Origin: a virus
Lineage: Duplodnaviria > Caudoviricetes
Virus record (IMG/VR): IMGVR_UViG_3300014204_000116
Span: 95,891-159,890 of that record
Strand: one strand, 5' to 3'
DNA: 64,000 nucleotides
Made by a program: the position numbers and the translations under genes. The first letter of the stretch is position 1. Each line of letters begins with the position of its first letter. Under the pieces are notes generated by a model, which saw nothing but the letters and a program-made list of their open reading frames with translations, did not search any database and was not told the DNA's origin. This document shows positions 8,223 through 17,276 of the stretch, one piece after another.

Positions 8223-10076
8223 ATGGAATACTCATATGTCATAGGCCCGAATCCTTACGATAACGCGATGGCCTGGCGGCAGAAAGGAAACGGCATTTGG
8301 AACACCAAAGCCGACTGTTTGCAGTCCGCTCTCGAAGCCATTTTCGACTCCATGTCAGTTCCTGCGGAACTCACAGGTCGCCACTACGGCCAACCATTCG
8401 TGGAGGGTGTCAGCCTTCCACTCCCAGACGAAGAGGTAATCCAAGTGTGGAGCACAGATCCTGTGGCTACCGCTAATCGTGCCAAGATGGAAGCATCAGG
8501 ATGGGATCATATCCCGCACTGGGATGACAAATCCATGACAATAGGTGGGTTGCATTGCGAAATTCCTGTCACGGATATTGAAAAGTATCTGCGCCCCAAG
8601 CACCATCTGCTGACCGGTGCAAGTAGCGAGGATTCTGCGAAAGCGGTCAGCTCTATCGGAGCAAATGTTCAGGAATTTGCAGTGCATAAGCACGAACTGA
8701 TGGCTCAGGTCACAGATCAGCAGTGGGCTGTAACTGTGCAGCAGTGGGAGCTTGAAAGAGTTCAAGAAAAGCTCGCGAATCAAATAGCTGAAGTGCGCGA
8801 GAAAATGCACATGGCAGATACCTATCTCCATGGCATCAAGAGCAAGGTGCAGCTCTTCCGGGGTGAGCGGGGCACAGGTCCGTATCATGTCTACCAGCAG
8901 CGCCAGTTTCTCAACCGGGAGGTCGGCCTCCTGGCCAACTTGACCAAGTTTGATTTCCAGAACATGGAGCAGCTCGATGAGTGGCTCGTGAAAGAGGGCA
9001 GGTTGTTTAAGATGCTCCCGTTTGAACGCACGATCCTGGTGACGCGCATTCGTGACACTGAAAAGAACTACGGTAACGCGTTTTCCAATTACTATTTCAA
9101 CATCGAGAACAGGGTTAGTGTCATCTGGATTCGCGACGGCAAAAACGTCTACAGGGTCAACGTGGATATCGACTTCGACAACTGCGTGTTTCCCAGTGGG
9201 GATGAGTCCGATAAGATGATCCGTTACGTTGTGAATTACGTCTTTGATGAGATCTACAAACGTCGCACGACGGATAGCTTGGATCGGCCAATCTCTAAGG
9301 AGCCCGAGGGCCAGATCAAAAAGAATGCACTCGAAGAGGAATTCCCCTACAATACCCACACCAAGTTTCCGGCGCGCTTCAGATGTGTCGAGGAGTGGAT
9401 GGATTCAGAAGATTACACGACGAAGCTGTCTGTGGAAATTGCCAAGTCGTGCAACGCCTATCTTACACAGGCCAACCGCCGCAGGATGAAGTTCGTGCTC
9501 CTGCTCCAGGGAATTGTGGATACGACTGATTTTCTGGATATTCCAAAGGGCGCAAATCTCTTCGATTCGCAGGTGGCTGCCACATACTTCACGCTGCTGA
9601 ACGATTACACTCATGCGCTGCCGGATGGCTACGCACGGGATCTAATCGCAGCAGTTACTGAAGCTGGCCAGCTTCGCATCGGGGATACCATTATCGCGTA
9701 TGATGCCGACTTCGAAGAAGATCCCGATCAACATCACAGGTTAATGAGCCGTAGGTCTACGCAATGGCGATTTTACAAAATCGTCAGCCTGAAGGACGGC
9801 ATAAAGGTCATGCACCACTTTCGTGCCAAACGCTGGCCCAATCTTCCCGTCAAGGTGCAAAAGATGGTGACCGTTGGGAAGCAGCCATTCATTCGTGCCA
9901 ACATTACCCAGGACATGGTCAACATGCTCCTGGATGACCGTGAATGGAAGCTGAACAATTCCGAAATTGTTCCCCTGCTGGCACAGTGGCCATACGTGCA
10001 GGAACAGTACAAAGACGCTGTTAATTTTACCCCTTTAAAACTCAAAACCCCGGAAGGAGACGACTATGCCAGCTAA
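8223..10076 (+). CDS. large phage hypothetical protein with coiled coil
   Basis: 617-aa ORF directly after promoter. Confidence 0.8.
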   Translation: MEYSYVIGPNPYDNAMAWRQKGNGIWNTKADCLQSALEAIFDSMSVPAELTGRHYGQPFVEGVSLPLPDEEVIQVWSTDPVATANRAKMEASGWDHIPHWDDKSMTIGGLHCEIPVTDIEKYLRPKHHLLTGASSEDSAKAVSSIGANVQEFAVHKHELMAQVTDQQWAVTVQQWELERVQEKLANQIAEVREKMHMADTYLHGIKSKVQLFRGERGTGPYHVYQQRQFLNREVGLLANLTKFDFQNMEQLDEWLVKEGRLFKMLPFERTILVTRIRDTEKNYGNAFSNYYFNIENRVSVIWIRDGKNVYRVNVDIDFDNCVFPSGDESDKMIRYVVNYVFDEIYKRRTTDSLDRPISKEPEGQIKKNALEEEFPYNTHTKFPARFRCVEEWMDSEDYTTKLSVEIAKSCNAYLTQANRRRMKFVLLLQGIVDTTDFLDIPKGANLFDSQVAATYFTLLNDYTHALPDGYARDLIAAVTEAGQLRIGDTIIAYDADFEEDPDQHHRLMSRRSTQWRFYKIVSLKDGIKVMHHFRAKRWPNLPVKVQKMVTVGKQPFIRANITQDMVNMLLDDREWKLNNSEIVPLLAQWPYVQEQYKDAVNFTPLKLKTPEGDDYAS

Positions 10077-10815
10077 TCAAGCCCTTGTTAAGTCTGAGAG
10101 TGAGAGCGTGGACGCGTTCTTCAACTGCACGCCAGTTATCACTGATTGGGAGTGGGTATATGCCAACCTGGACAAGGTCAGGATCGCTGACCTGATCGAC
10201 ACCATCAAGTCCATGGAACCGCTCAAGGTCGGTGATCAGAACGAGCATGTTATCTGGATACAGCAGCAGACGCTGCGCCTGGCTCTGCGCCACAACGCTG
10301 ACTTGCCGCTCAAGGGTCATACGTGCCCGACGTGTGGCAAGAACCTGGCAGATCCAGTTTTAGAGCAGTGCCTGCCTTGTGCCGAGTGGGAACGCCAGAT
10401 GCCCTACGTGGGAGGCCGAGGAAGTTGCTCCTATTTCGCCCCCAAGTACGATGTGGATTCGCACACCTGGGGAATTATCTACTACATGGGACACCACGAC
10501 ACCAGCCTTTTGACGTGGGTTGCCAAGGGTTTTAACAGCCGGACTACAGCCTGGTTAGCCCTGTATCCTCTTAAGCTGTATGGCAAATGGCTGGAGCGCC
10601 GGTACCTGGGTGTGGGCAATTTCTACAGCGTGTACTGCGAAATGGTGGATGTGTCCTACCTCGTGAAGAATAAAGATAAGATTCCATTTGACCCGGCTGC
10701 CTTCGAAGTATACCTTCGTAACTCCATCGCGGAGCACATGCAGCAAAACCACGATATCCTGAGTTGGACAACCCGAAACGCAGTCAGAGACTATGCACGC
10801 CAAAACAATTCTTAG
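10066..10815 (+). CDS. hypothetical protein with CxxC..CxxC zinc ribbon
   Basis: CPTC..CLPC. Confidence 0.65.
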   Translation: MPANQALVKSESESVDAFFNCTPVITDWEWVYANLDKVRIADLIDTIKSMEPLKVGDQNEHVIWIQQQTLRLALRHNADLPLKGHTCPTCGKNLADPVLEQCLPCAEWERQMPYVGGRGSCSYFAPKYDVDSHTWGIIYYMGHHDTSLLTWVAKGFNSRTTAWLALYPLKLYGKWLERRYLGVGNFYSVYCEMVDVSYLVKNKDKIPFDPAAFEVYLRNSIAEHMQQNHDILSWTTRNAVRDYARQNNS

Positions 10816-11470
10816 TCTGCTCATCGCCGCCGCGCTGATCGGCTGCACGTTACCCAAGAATGCAGCCGTGACCCGGCCTAAAGCGACGACAGCGGTGAGA
10901 GCCCACATAATAGTATCTCCGCCGTCTGCCCCCGGATCAGGCGAATTAATGTCTACGAAAACATTGGCAGCCACACCGGCCTATACCCTGCCTACGCCTG
11001 CCGATGTCGTGATGGAACTGAGGGGTACTAATCTCGTGCTATCCTGGCCCATTAGCATGTCGAATTACTCCGTAATATACAGCCCGCACGCCTATGCTGA
11101 TCTGCGGATGTGGTCTATATTACCTCGTGAAGGAAGCACCGTGACTCCGAACGATACGCGTCTCTCGGTAGTGATTACGAATAGTTTTCCACGGTGCCTT
11201 TTCGCCCTCGTTAAGCCGATACCTGGCTATATTACGCTGTATTGGAGCTACGATTTTGAGGCGTGCCCGGAGGTCACTTCTTTTGTTCTCTATCAGGGAA
11301 GCAAAAGTCGCTGCTATACGAATACGATGCTTTTAGACTATAAGTGCCAGTGGTGTCAGATCCCCGTGCTCAGCGATACAAACTATTACGCGCTTACAGC
11401 CCGGAGCGGGTCAGGCCTTGAGAGTAACTATTCGGAAGAAGCCTGCTATGTCGCGTCAACAAACAAGTAG
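10793..11470 (+). CDS. lipoprotein with C-terminal fibronectin-III-like domain
   Basis: LLIAAALIGC lipobox; GTNLVLSWP; ITLYW..YQG..YYALTARSGSGLESNYSEE. Confidence 0.7.
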   Translation: MHAKTILSLLIAAALIGCTLPKNAAVTRPKATTAVRAHIIVSPPSAPGSGELMSTKTLAATPAYTLPTPADVVMELRGTNLVLSWPISMSNYSVIYSPHAYADLRMWSILPREGSTVTPNDTRLSVVITNSFPRCLFALVKPIPGYITLYWSYDFEACPEVTSFVLYQGSKSRCYTNTMLLDYKCQWCQIPVLSDTNYYALTARSGSGLESNYSEEACYVASTNK

Positions 11471-11645
11471 AATTAAACCTGGGGAGGTCGCCTGTGCAAT
11501 GTGCAAGAAAGTGCACCTACGGCGCACCGGGGTTGCTAACGTAAAAGCCCCAATCTGCCAGGAGTGTGCAGATCGTTATGCAGGGATCACAGACGATAAT
11601 ACCCCTAAGGATAAGGTAAGAGTAAAAATCGGTAACTGGAAATAA
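11448..11645 (+). CDS. small zinc-finger protein
   Basis: CAMC..CQEC. Confidence 0.55.
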   Translation: MSRQQTSRIKPGEVACAMCKKVHLRRTGVANVKAPICQECADRYAGITDDNTPKDKVRVKIGNWK

Positions 11646-11647
11646 CT

Positions 11648-12442
11648 ATGAATACGACTAATGCCAAAAATCCTGATGTGTCGCAGCCGAATGAATCAAG
11701 CGCCGAATTTCATCCGTCCTACGGCATGGTTCAGGTGTCTCGCTTTCAGGGCAACAACGTGCAGTCTTTTTTCGGGTCATCTACCCGCCAATTTTCGGGT
11801 ATCACCCTCACCATTCGGCGGGCCTCCAGACGTTACCACGATGGCAGCGAATGGTATACGGGTGAACACGAACTGATTGAAGTCCTTCTTACCGAAAGTC
11901 AGTTTATCCAGATGATAGCGTCAATGGGCCAAGGGAGCGGGGCTCCCTGCACAATTTCGGATGTTAACCTGGAGGAGCTGAAAAAGATCGTAGTAAGTGG
12001 CAGCTCACATCCGCGCGTGCCTGCGTGCCCTGCGTGCGCAAAGAACAGCCTTCGGGGGCGTATCGAAAATGAATTTAGCCACGCCATGGCGGAGGTTAGT
12101 AAGGCTGTTTCCAAGCTTATGGGGCAGGCTGAAGCACTCCAGGGTAAGCCGACAATAAACAGGGCTGATCGTGCTGTTTTCCTAAACACAGCTCAGGATA
12201 TACGGCGAAAAATTGACGATTACATCCCGTATATCCAAAGCCAATTCAGTGCAGCGTTGGACAGCACGCTCTCCAACGTTAAGGCAGATCTCCAGGGATA
12301 CGTGGAAGCGCTGGTGCACGACGCTGGGATTGAGGCACTCCGACCTTCAATAGATCAGGCCGTCCCTAACCTGGATGAGATGGGTGCATCAAATCCCGAA
12401 CTGGGGCCTAGCGCTGGCCAGGTGATTACAACCAAGGGGTAA
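11648..12442 (+). CDS. conserved-type phage hypothetical protein
   Basis: HPSYGMVQVSR..FFGSS..ELIEVLLTESQF..GSGAPCT. Confidence 0.75.
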   Translation: MNTTNAKNPDVSQPNESSAEFHPSYGMVQVSRFQGNNVQSFFGSSTRQFSGITLTIRRASRRYHDGSEWYTGEHELIEVLLTESQFIQMIASMGQGSGAPCTISDVNLEELKKIVVSGSSHPRVPACPACAKNSLRGRIENEFSHAMAEVSKAVSKLMGQAEALQGKPTINRADRAVFLNTAQDIRRKIDDYIPYIQSQFSAALDSTLSNVKADLQGYVEALVHDAGIEALRPSIDQAVPNLDEMGASNPELGPSAGQVITTKG

Positions 12443-12446
12443 GCTT

Positions 12447-12626
12447 ATGGAGCTGAAGTGTGAAAAATGTGGCAAGGTGGCTACGTTTAATTCCGAAAAA
12501 GAGGCGTTCAATGCGGGGTGGGACTTCAAGCCCATGTGCCCGGTTACGACGTGTAGCGAGTGCCCGTCTGCACCGCTGCTATTTCCAGCCGAAGACAATG
12601 ACAAACGAAAGGATGAGCATGAGTGA
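12447..12626 (+). CDS. small zinc-finger protein (59 aa, not in ORF track)
   Basis: MELKCEKCGK..AFNAGWD..TCSECP. Confidence 0.6.
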   Translation: MELKCEKCGKVATFNSEKEAFNAGWDFKPMCPVTTCSECPSAPLLFPAEDNDKRKDEHE

Positions 12627-12978
12627 GGAAATGAAGGATCAAGAAGTGGTGCGTGGACCAACAAATACCGCGTCCTCCATCGAGGATATGAGCGAGATTG
12701 CGGAGGCATTCAAATTCAACTACGTGCCAGACAAAGAGCAGGTCGAAGCGTGTTCTTACCTGGGGCACCTGGCAAAGCTTCTGGCAAAGGAAATCGGGCG
12801 GGTTGTGCCCGATGGCAAGCACCGGGTTGTGGCCATTAACAATGTTCTCGGGGCAGTTCTGTGGGCACACCAGGGTATTTTGTCCCAGCGCAAGGTAGAG
12901 TTTGTGGCGGTAGGCCCCACGCCTTGCTGCGAGCGCGACCGGGATAAGGATGGCAATTGCGACCGGCATCCGGCGTGA
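12619..12978 (+). CDS. Acb2/Tad1-like helical-hairpin protein (putative nucleotide-signal sponge)
   Basis: FNYVPDKEQ..LAKLLAKEI...VPDGKHRVVAINNVLGAVLWAHQGI resembles the F.Y.P..EQ...LA..I...P.SRE.SLA.TKLEEA.MWA..AI pattern. Confidence 0.5.
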   Translation: MSEEMKDQEVVRGPTNTASSIEDMSEIAEAFKFNYVPDKEQVEACSYLGHLAKLLAKEIGRVVPDGKHRVVAINNVLGAVLWAHQGILSQRKVEFVAVGPTPCCERDRDKDGNCDRHPA

Positions 12979-13106
12979 AATCTATCCCAAGAATTTTGGA
13001 AAGCGTGTGGGTGCCGATAGCCGTGGGGGTAGTGCTCCTCATCGTTTGGTTAGTGGAGTGCTATTGGCTTCAGCGCCCACCTTCCTACAAACGAGAGGAA
13101 AAATGA
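12975..13106 (+). CDS. small single-pass membrane protein (43 aa, not in ORF track)
   Basis: MKSIPRILESVWVPIAVGVVLLIVWLVECYWLQRPPSYKREEK; GTGA and ATGA overlaps with both neighbours. Confidence 0.65.
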   Translation: MKSIPRILESVWVPIAVGVVLLIVWLVECYWLQRPPSYKREEK

Positions 13107-13630
13107 AGACGGGTCTGCTAACAATTTTACTTATGGGGCTGATTATTATTCCATCCGGGTGCACGACTACGAATCGTGGATTTAACAACCCAATCGACAA
13201 TTTTGACAAGGTAGACGACAAAGTGTTGCGGGGTGCCCAGCCAAACGTGATCGGCTTGGGAAATCTCAAGGCCGAAGGCGTAACCGATATCGTGTGCTTG
13301 CGCGAGGAGGACTACTGGCAGAAAGAACCTGCCCTTTGTGCAGACCTGGGTATCGAGTTTCATCACATTCCGCTGAACCCCATGCGGGCACCGGCCCAGG
13401 AAACCGTAAAGGAAGTTCTCAAAGTCATTAAGAATGCCAAGGGAAAGGTATTCATCCATTGCCAGTTTGGGTGTGATCGAACGGGTGTGGTCGTCGCAAT
13501 TTATCGCATCGTGAATGGAGAGAAAAATAAAGTGGCTCTCGACGATGCCATGAAGCATGGTATGTCCTCCTGGGAGATCGGCATGCAGGAGCTTATTAAA
13601 CATGCAAAACCAGAGAACTTTACTGAATGA
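13103..13630 (+). CDS. dual-specificity/protein-tyrosine phosphatase with lipoprotein signal
   Basis: VLRGAQP, FIHCQFGCDRTG (HCxxGxDRTG); N-terminal hydrophobic stretch ending PSGC. Confidence 0.85.
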   Translation: MKTGLLTILLMGLIIIPSGCTTTNRGFNNPIDNFDKVDDKVLRGAQPNVIGLGNLKAEGVTDIVCLREEDYWQKEPALCADLGIEFHHIPLNPMRAPAQETVKEVLKVIKNAKGKVFIHCQFGCDRTGVVVAIYRIVNGEKNKVALDDAMKHGMSSWEIGMQELIKHAKPENFTE

Positions 13631-13944
13631 ACCCCCTAATTGCACATCCGCTTATGAACGTAACTAAAACTGTAGGTAACACGTCGGCGCAGGACACTAA
13701 GGCCAATGTCGCCGACGTAAAGATTGTCGGCGACGGCGATATGTTTCAACTGCTCTGCAAGGCCAGCAGCAAATGCGAAGGGTGGATGAAATCCACAAAG
13801 GCCATGGAAATCCCTGGCGTGGGATGCGTCGTGCAGGTCACTACGCAGCAGGGGAGGCATGTGGCCGAAGCCGTTACATTTGTCCCCGGTGTCGTCATTA
13901 CTGTGGATGCAAACGGTGTCCGAAGGCTGGTTAAGGCGGAGTAG
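13627..13944 (+). CDS. conserved-type phage hypothetical protein
   Basis: KASSKCEGWMKSTKAMEI..GCVVQVTTQQ..VAEAVTFVPGV. Confidence 0.75.
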   Translation: MNPLIAHPLMNVTKTVGNTSAQDTKANVADVKIVGDGDMFQLLCKASSKCEGWMKSTKAMEIPGVGCVVQVTTQQGRHVAEAVTFVPGVVITVDANGVRRLVKAE

Positions 13945-13966
13945 CACTACGTGGCATTACGCCGTG

Positions 13967-13995
13967 TTGACAACCTGTAGCATGTTTGATAAATT
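13967..13995 (+). promoter_or_regulatory. sigma70-type promoter (TTGACA-N17-TAAATT)
   Basis: ATG 14003 follows after 7 nt. Confidence 0.75.
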
Positions 13996-14002
13996 ACCCA
14001 GT

Positions 14003-14704
14003 ATGAATCCGTCGCGAATAACAACTCCGTTAGACAAGCAGATCGATGAGTGGTGGTTCAAGTACATGGACCGGCCACTCAAATGGCGCGTTTTTCTTCA
14101 TCGAACGCGTGACATTGAGAGGGAAAATCACGGCAAATTTGAGTCGCACTTCTACGCTGTGCCAGATCCAAAAAGCCTGAAAAAGCTTGAGCTGGATACC
14201 TTTCCTACAGAGCGCATCGAGGCCCCAACTTTCGAGGAATTGCGCGCTAAGGTCACAGCACTTATCAACTCTTGGCTCAACGCAACGTGGGAGAAGGTCA
14301 TTGTCGTATTCCTGGAAGAGTCCAGGGCGTGGCCGAATCTGGACAATACACGTATGATCAATGATCACAACGTCGTGAAGTTTGACTTTGTCGTGTGCCA
14401 CAGGTCCAGAGACGGGCAGTTTTGGAAGAAGCCTGAAAACACCTATGTTTCTCGGAGAATTGGCGATATGATCTGCACGACAGGGGAAACGGGGTCATTC
14501 CAGGCGCTCGTCTATTCCGAGGAGTTGCTAGCGTCTCTCAACGGCCTCAGCGAAAAGCTTAAAGTTTTGGCGTGCGGATTGCGCGAGCTGGTATTTAAAC
14601 GGCCTGAAGATTTCATACGGTGGTTCAGTGGCCCTATTCAGCTTCTGCCTACGGCCACAGTCGCATTCACTGCTCCACCCGTATCTACACCCGCATCCAC
14701 ATGA
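14003..14704 (+). CDS. hypothetical protein
   Basis: start set by promoter position. Confidence 0.7.
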   Translation: MNPSRITTPLDKQIDEWWFKYMDRPLKWRVFLHRTRDIERENHGKFESHFYAVPDPKSLKKLELDTFPTERIEAPTFEELRAKVTALINSWLNATWEKVIVVFLEESRAWPNLDNTRMINDHNVVKFDFVVCHRSRDGQFWKKPENTYVSRRIGDMICTTGETGSFQALVYSEELLASLNGLSEKLKVLACGLRELVFKRPEDFIRWFSGPIQLLPTATVAFTAPPVSTPAST

Positions 14705-15420
14705 GCTTTCAGCTTATCCAAACCCCAGAAGAGGCGCAGCAGGTCGTGAAGGATATCGCTGGCTGGAGGCCTACCTCGGGTGGCAACAAAGATCCTGAGC
14801 GCCATTATTACCGTAATGCGCTGGCGATGGCGCTCAAGGGATTCGTTCCTACCCGGAGTCGTAGTGTAGTAGTTGCGCGGTATGACGAAGACCGGTCCTG
14901 GCTGAGCGAGCTTAAAGTTCAACAGGTCCACGTCTATAACAAGGGGAACGACGGCTTTGGAACGAAGCTTCCCAACAAAGGGAGGGAAGCCCACACATAT
15001 TTCAAGCACATTGCAGACAACTACGACAACTTGACAGATGTCGTATTCTTCCTCCAGGGGTGGCCCCTTGACAGGAGTGCAGGCGTAATAGATGGTGTTA
15101 ATAACCTTAGCAGCTTCGATTTTGTCGAGTTCGGCATCGATATCCTGGAGACCGGAGAGGTTCAAGAGCCCATGATCTCGTTTTGGGAAGTGATTTTCAA
15201 CGGGCCATGCCCAAGGAAACCGTGGGTATTCCGAGCCAATAGCCAGTTTGGTGTTAGCCGCGAGCGCATTCAGCAACGACCGCGCCGGTTCTACCACGAT
15301 TGTTTGGCTGCCTGCGAAGCAGGATTACCAAGTGTAAAGGCCGAGAGTATGCCTTACCTGTTTGAGCAAGTGTGGAATTATGTATTTGCCCCGAGGTCGC
15401 TATGCAATAACGCCGACTGA
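14701..15420 (+). CDS. DUF3431-like putative glycosyltransferase-related protein
   Basis: VVVARYDED..W..VYNKG..LPNKGREAHTYFKHIADNYDNL..VVFFLQG. Confidence 0.75.
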   Translation: MSFQLIQTPEEAQQVVKDIAGWRPTSGGNKDPERHYYRNALAMALKGFVPTRSRSVVVARYDEDRSWLSELKVQQVHVYNKGNDGFGTKLPNKGREAHTYFKHIADNYDNLTDVVFFLQGWPLDRSAGVIDGVNNLSSFDFVEFGIDILETGEVQEPMISFWEVIFNGPCPRKPWVFRANSQFGVSRERIQQRPRRFYHDCLAACEAGLPSVKAESMPYLFEQVWNYVFAPRSLCNNAD

Positions 15421-15703
15421 GATCGCTTTGCCAAGCGTGCGCTCGCATCTGGAAAGGATTTTGGCTAAGCGGGTTCACGAGGCCATAAACAAAGTAAGCC
15501 ATGAATACGCTTACGAAGTTATCTGCACATCGGTATTGCATGGCATGATGCTTAAAATAACGCAGGAGATCGCCGGTATTGCACATGATTTAGATCTTTA
15601 CGAGCCTATTAACGCGGCGTACGAGGAATGTGGCCCAGGGGGTAAGGCCCTGGTGATTACGTACAAAGGGAAGACCATCGGATATGCGCTTTTAACACTG
15701 TAA
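15380..15703 (+). CDS. hypothetical protein (start uncertain)
   Basis: ORF tiling. Confidence 0.45.
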   Translation: MYLPRGRYAITPTEIALPSVRSHLERILAKRVHEAINKVSHEYAYEVICTSVLHGMMLKITQEIAGIAHDLDLYEPINAAYEECGPGGKALVITYKGKTIGYALLTL

Positions 15704-15720
15704 GCGCGGAATTAACACTT

Positions 15721-15855
15721 ATGATAGCTTGTATTTGCGGAGGATTTGAACTCTTGCTGCTTGTTCCACTGGTCGGATGGGTTACACACTTGTTCCGCAG
15801 GAAGTGCTGCAAGAAGTCCTGCCAGTGTAAATGCCACGAGAAAGGAATTAAATGA
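15721..15855 (+). CDS. small Cys-rich membrane peptide (44 aa, not in ORF track)
   Basis: MIACICGGFELLLLVPLVGWVTHLFRRKCCKKSCQCKCHEKGIK; ATGA overlap with next gene. Confidence 0.6.
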   Translation: MIACICGGFELLLLVPLVGWVTHLFRRKCCKKSCQCKCHEKGIK

Positions 15856-16355
15856 ATAAGGAAAATGATGAGCTGCTGTGCGAGCGATATCCGAAGATTT
15901 TCGCTGATCGGCGAGCGGACATGCGCACTACGTGCATGTGCTGGGGATTCGAATGCGGAAACGGGTGGATGTGGCTGATCGACCAGTTGTGCAAAGCTCT
16001 CCAGGACAGAATCGATAATACCTCTCCTCATCCTCCCCAGGTTATCGCCGCGCAGGTGAAGGAGAAGTTTGGTAGCCTGCGCTTTTACATTTCCGGTGGT
16101 GATGAGGGGGCGCAAGGAATGATAGATCTGGCCGAGCACATGTCCATCAATATTTGCGAAGCGTGCGGATCTATCAAAAACGTGGGCCGCACTTCGGGAT
16201 GGATTTCTGTCAGGTGTGAAGATTGTGCCAAGGCGGAGGGCATAATGGACCGGTGGAAATCCAACGAGGAGTGGGCCAAATACGCGGCAGCACGCGAGCT
16301 TCAAGAGAAAGCTGCGGCTAAAAAGGCAGCATCCGCTATTGACACAACGAAATAA
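15852..16355 (+). CDS. conserved-type phage hypothetical protein
   Basis: GFECGNGW..QVKEKFGSLRFY..ICEACG..RCEDC. Confidence 0.75.
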   Translation: MNKENDELLCERYPKIFADRRADMRTTCMCWGFECGNGWMWLIDQLCKALQDRIDNTSPHPPQVIAAQVKEKFGSLRFYISGGDEGAQGMIDLAEHMSINICEACGSIKNVGRTSGWISVRCEDCAKAEGIMDRWKSNEEWAKYAAARELQEKAAAKKAASAIDTTK

Positions 16356-16367
16356 TTCGGGTAGGAT
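16339..16367 (+). promoter_or_regulatory. sigma70-type promoter (TTGACA-N17-TAGGAT)
   Basis: perfect -35 at 16339-16344, -10 at 16362-16367, predicted +1 near 16374. Confidence 0.7.
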
Positions 16368-16373
16368 CTGCCC

Positions 16374-16654
16374 ATGAATACGAGTCTGGCAACTTTTCAA
16401 TTCGGACTTAACAGTGACTCGGTATTCATGCGGGTGCGCCAAGCGCCCAGGGTCTCGCGACTAAATCGGAAGTGGCTCCGGGTCAAAGGTGTGTTGTGCA
16501 CCTTAATTGTTGGCTACTCCTTTGCCTTGGCAGACCGGCAGAGACAGCAATCTGCCGGTCAATTTTCCCACTCTAACCTGAGTGGGCGTTAGCAGAAAAC
16601 AAGGGAGAGACCGTCGTTAGCTGGCCATTTGGTCGGTGCGGTCTCTCCCTTTTT
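16374..16654 (+). ncRNA. candidate structured ncRNA (about 280 nt) or structured leader
   Basis: Own promoter, at least five hairpins, ends in a terminator-like stem; overlapping 72-aa ORF has no recognisable features. Confidence 0.5.
16601..16654 (+). terminator. intrinsic terminator-like hairpin
   Basis: AAGGGAGAGACCG/CGGTCTCTCCCTT 13-bp perfect stem ending in a T run. Confidence 0.7.
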
Positions 16655-16672
16655 ACCACGAAAAAATTGCAC

Positions 16673-17062
16673 ATGAATAGGCCGATCCCAACGAAGAGGC
16701 AAGCACTCTACGACTACGACACTTCCAGGGCAGCGCACAATCAGCAGAAATCGCGCGACCCAAGAGCGGCACTGACGCCGGTCATGGTCACTTCCGTAGG
16801 TAGGAAATACTTTTCGTGCACCGTGCAAGGATTTCCCATCGGGAAAACCCACACAACCCTGTATAATTTGTCGGACTGGAGCCAGTGCACAGACACGGTG
16901 CCAACCCATCAACTTTTTGTCTCGCCAGACGATTATGCCAACTTAATAGAGGAAAGGACTATCTGGCGCACCCTGCGAGAGGTATTTTCGTGCGGTGGCA
17001 TTAACACGCGGCGTATTCCGTTGGCGAATCTCCGTGAGATCCTGCGCCTCGTGCAAAAATGA
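16673..17062 (+). CDS. hypothetical protein
   Basis: VTSVGRKYF motif; ORF tiling. Confidence 0.65.
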   Translation: MNRPIPTKRQALYDYDTSRAAHNQQKSRDPRAALTPVMVTSVGRKYFSCTVQGFPIGKTHTTLYNLSDWSQCTDTVPTHQLFVSPDDYANLIEERTIWRTLREVFSCGGINTRRIPLANLREILRLVQK

Positions 17063-17265
17063 AAATAGGACATCGAAAGCACGCCCAGGTTAAAAACTGC
17101 TCCGGCAGCAAGCATTCGCACAACTCTCCGAAGGCCACGCTTAAGCGGATCAACAGGCGTGTCCATAAGCGTAGCCGGGCTGAAGGCCGGGCTGAGAGCA
17201 AAGCAATGTGGGGTCCGCCGCCGTCACCTGATTGGACAATGAGCATGCCGGTATTGGGCATTTGA
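17059..17265 (+). CDS. small basic hypothetical protein
   Basis: ATGA overlap. Confidence 0.5.
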   Translation: MKIGHRKHAQVKNCSGSKHSHNSPKATLKRINRRVHKRSRAEGRAESKAMWGPPPSPDWTMSMPVLGI

Positions 17266-17276
17266 AAGACAATCTT

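Noticed and set aside
13007-13080. Long imperfect hairpin (GTGGGTGCCGA...TCAGCGCCCAC) that looked like an ncRNA
   Set aside because: It lies wholly within a 43-aa membrane ORF that overlaps both neighbours by GTGA/ATGA, and pairing relies on many G-U pairs, so coding explains the region.
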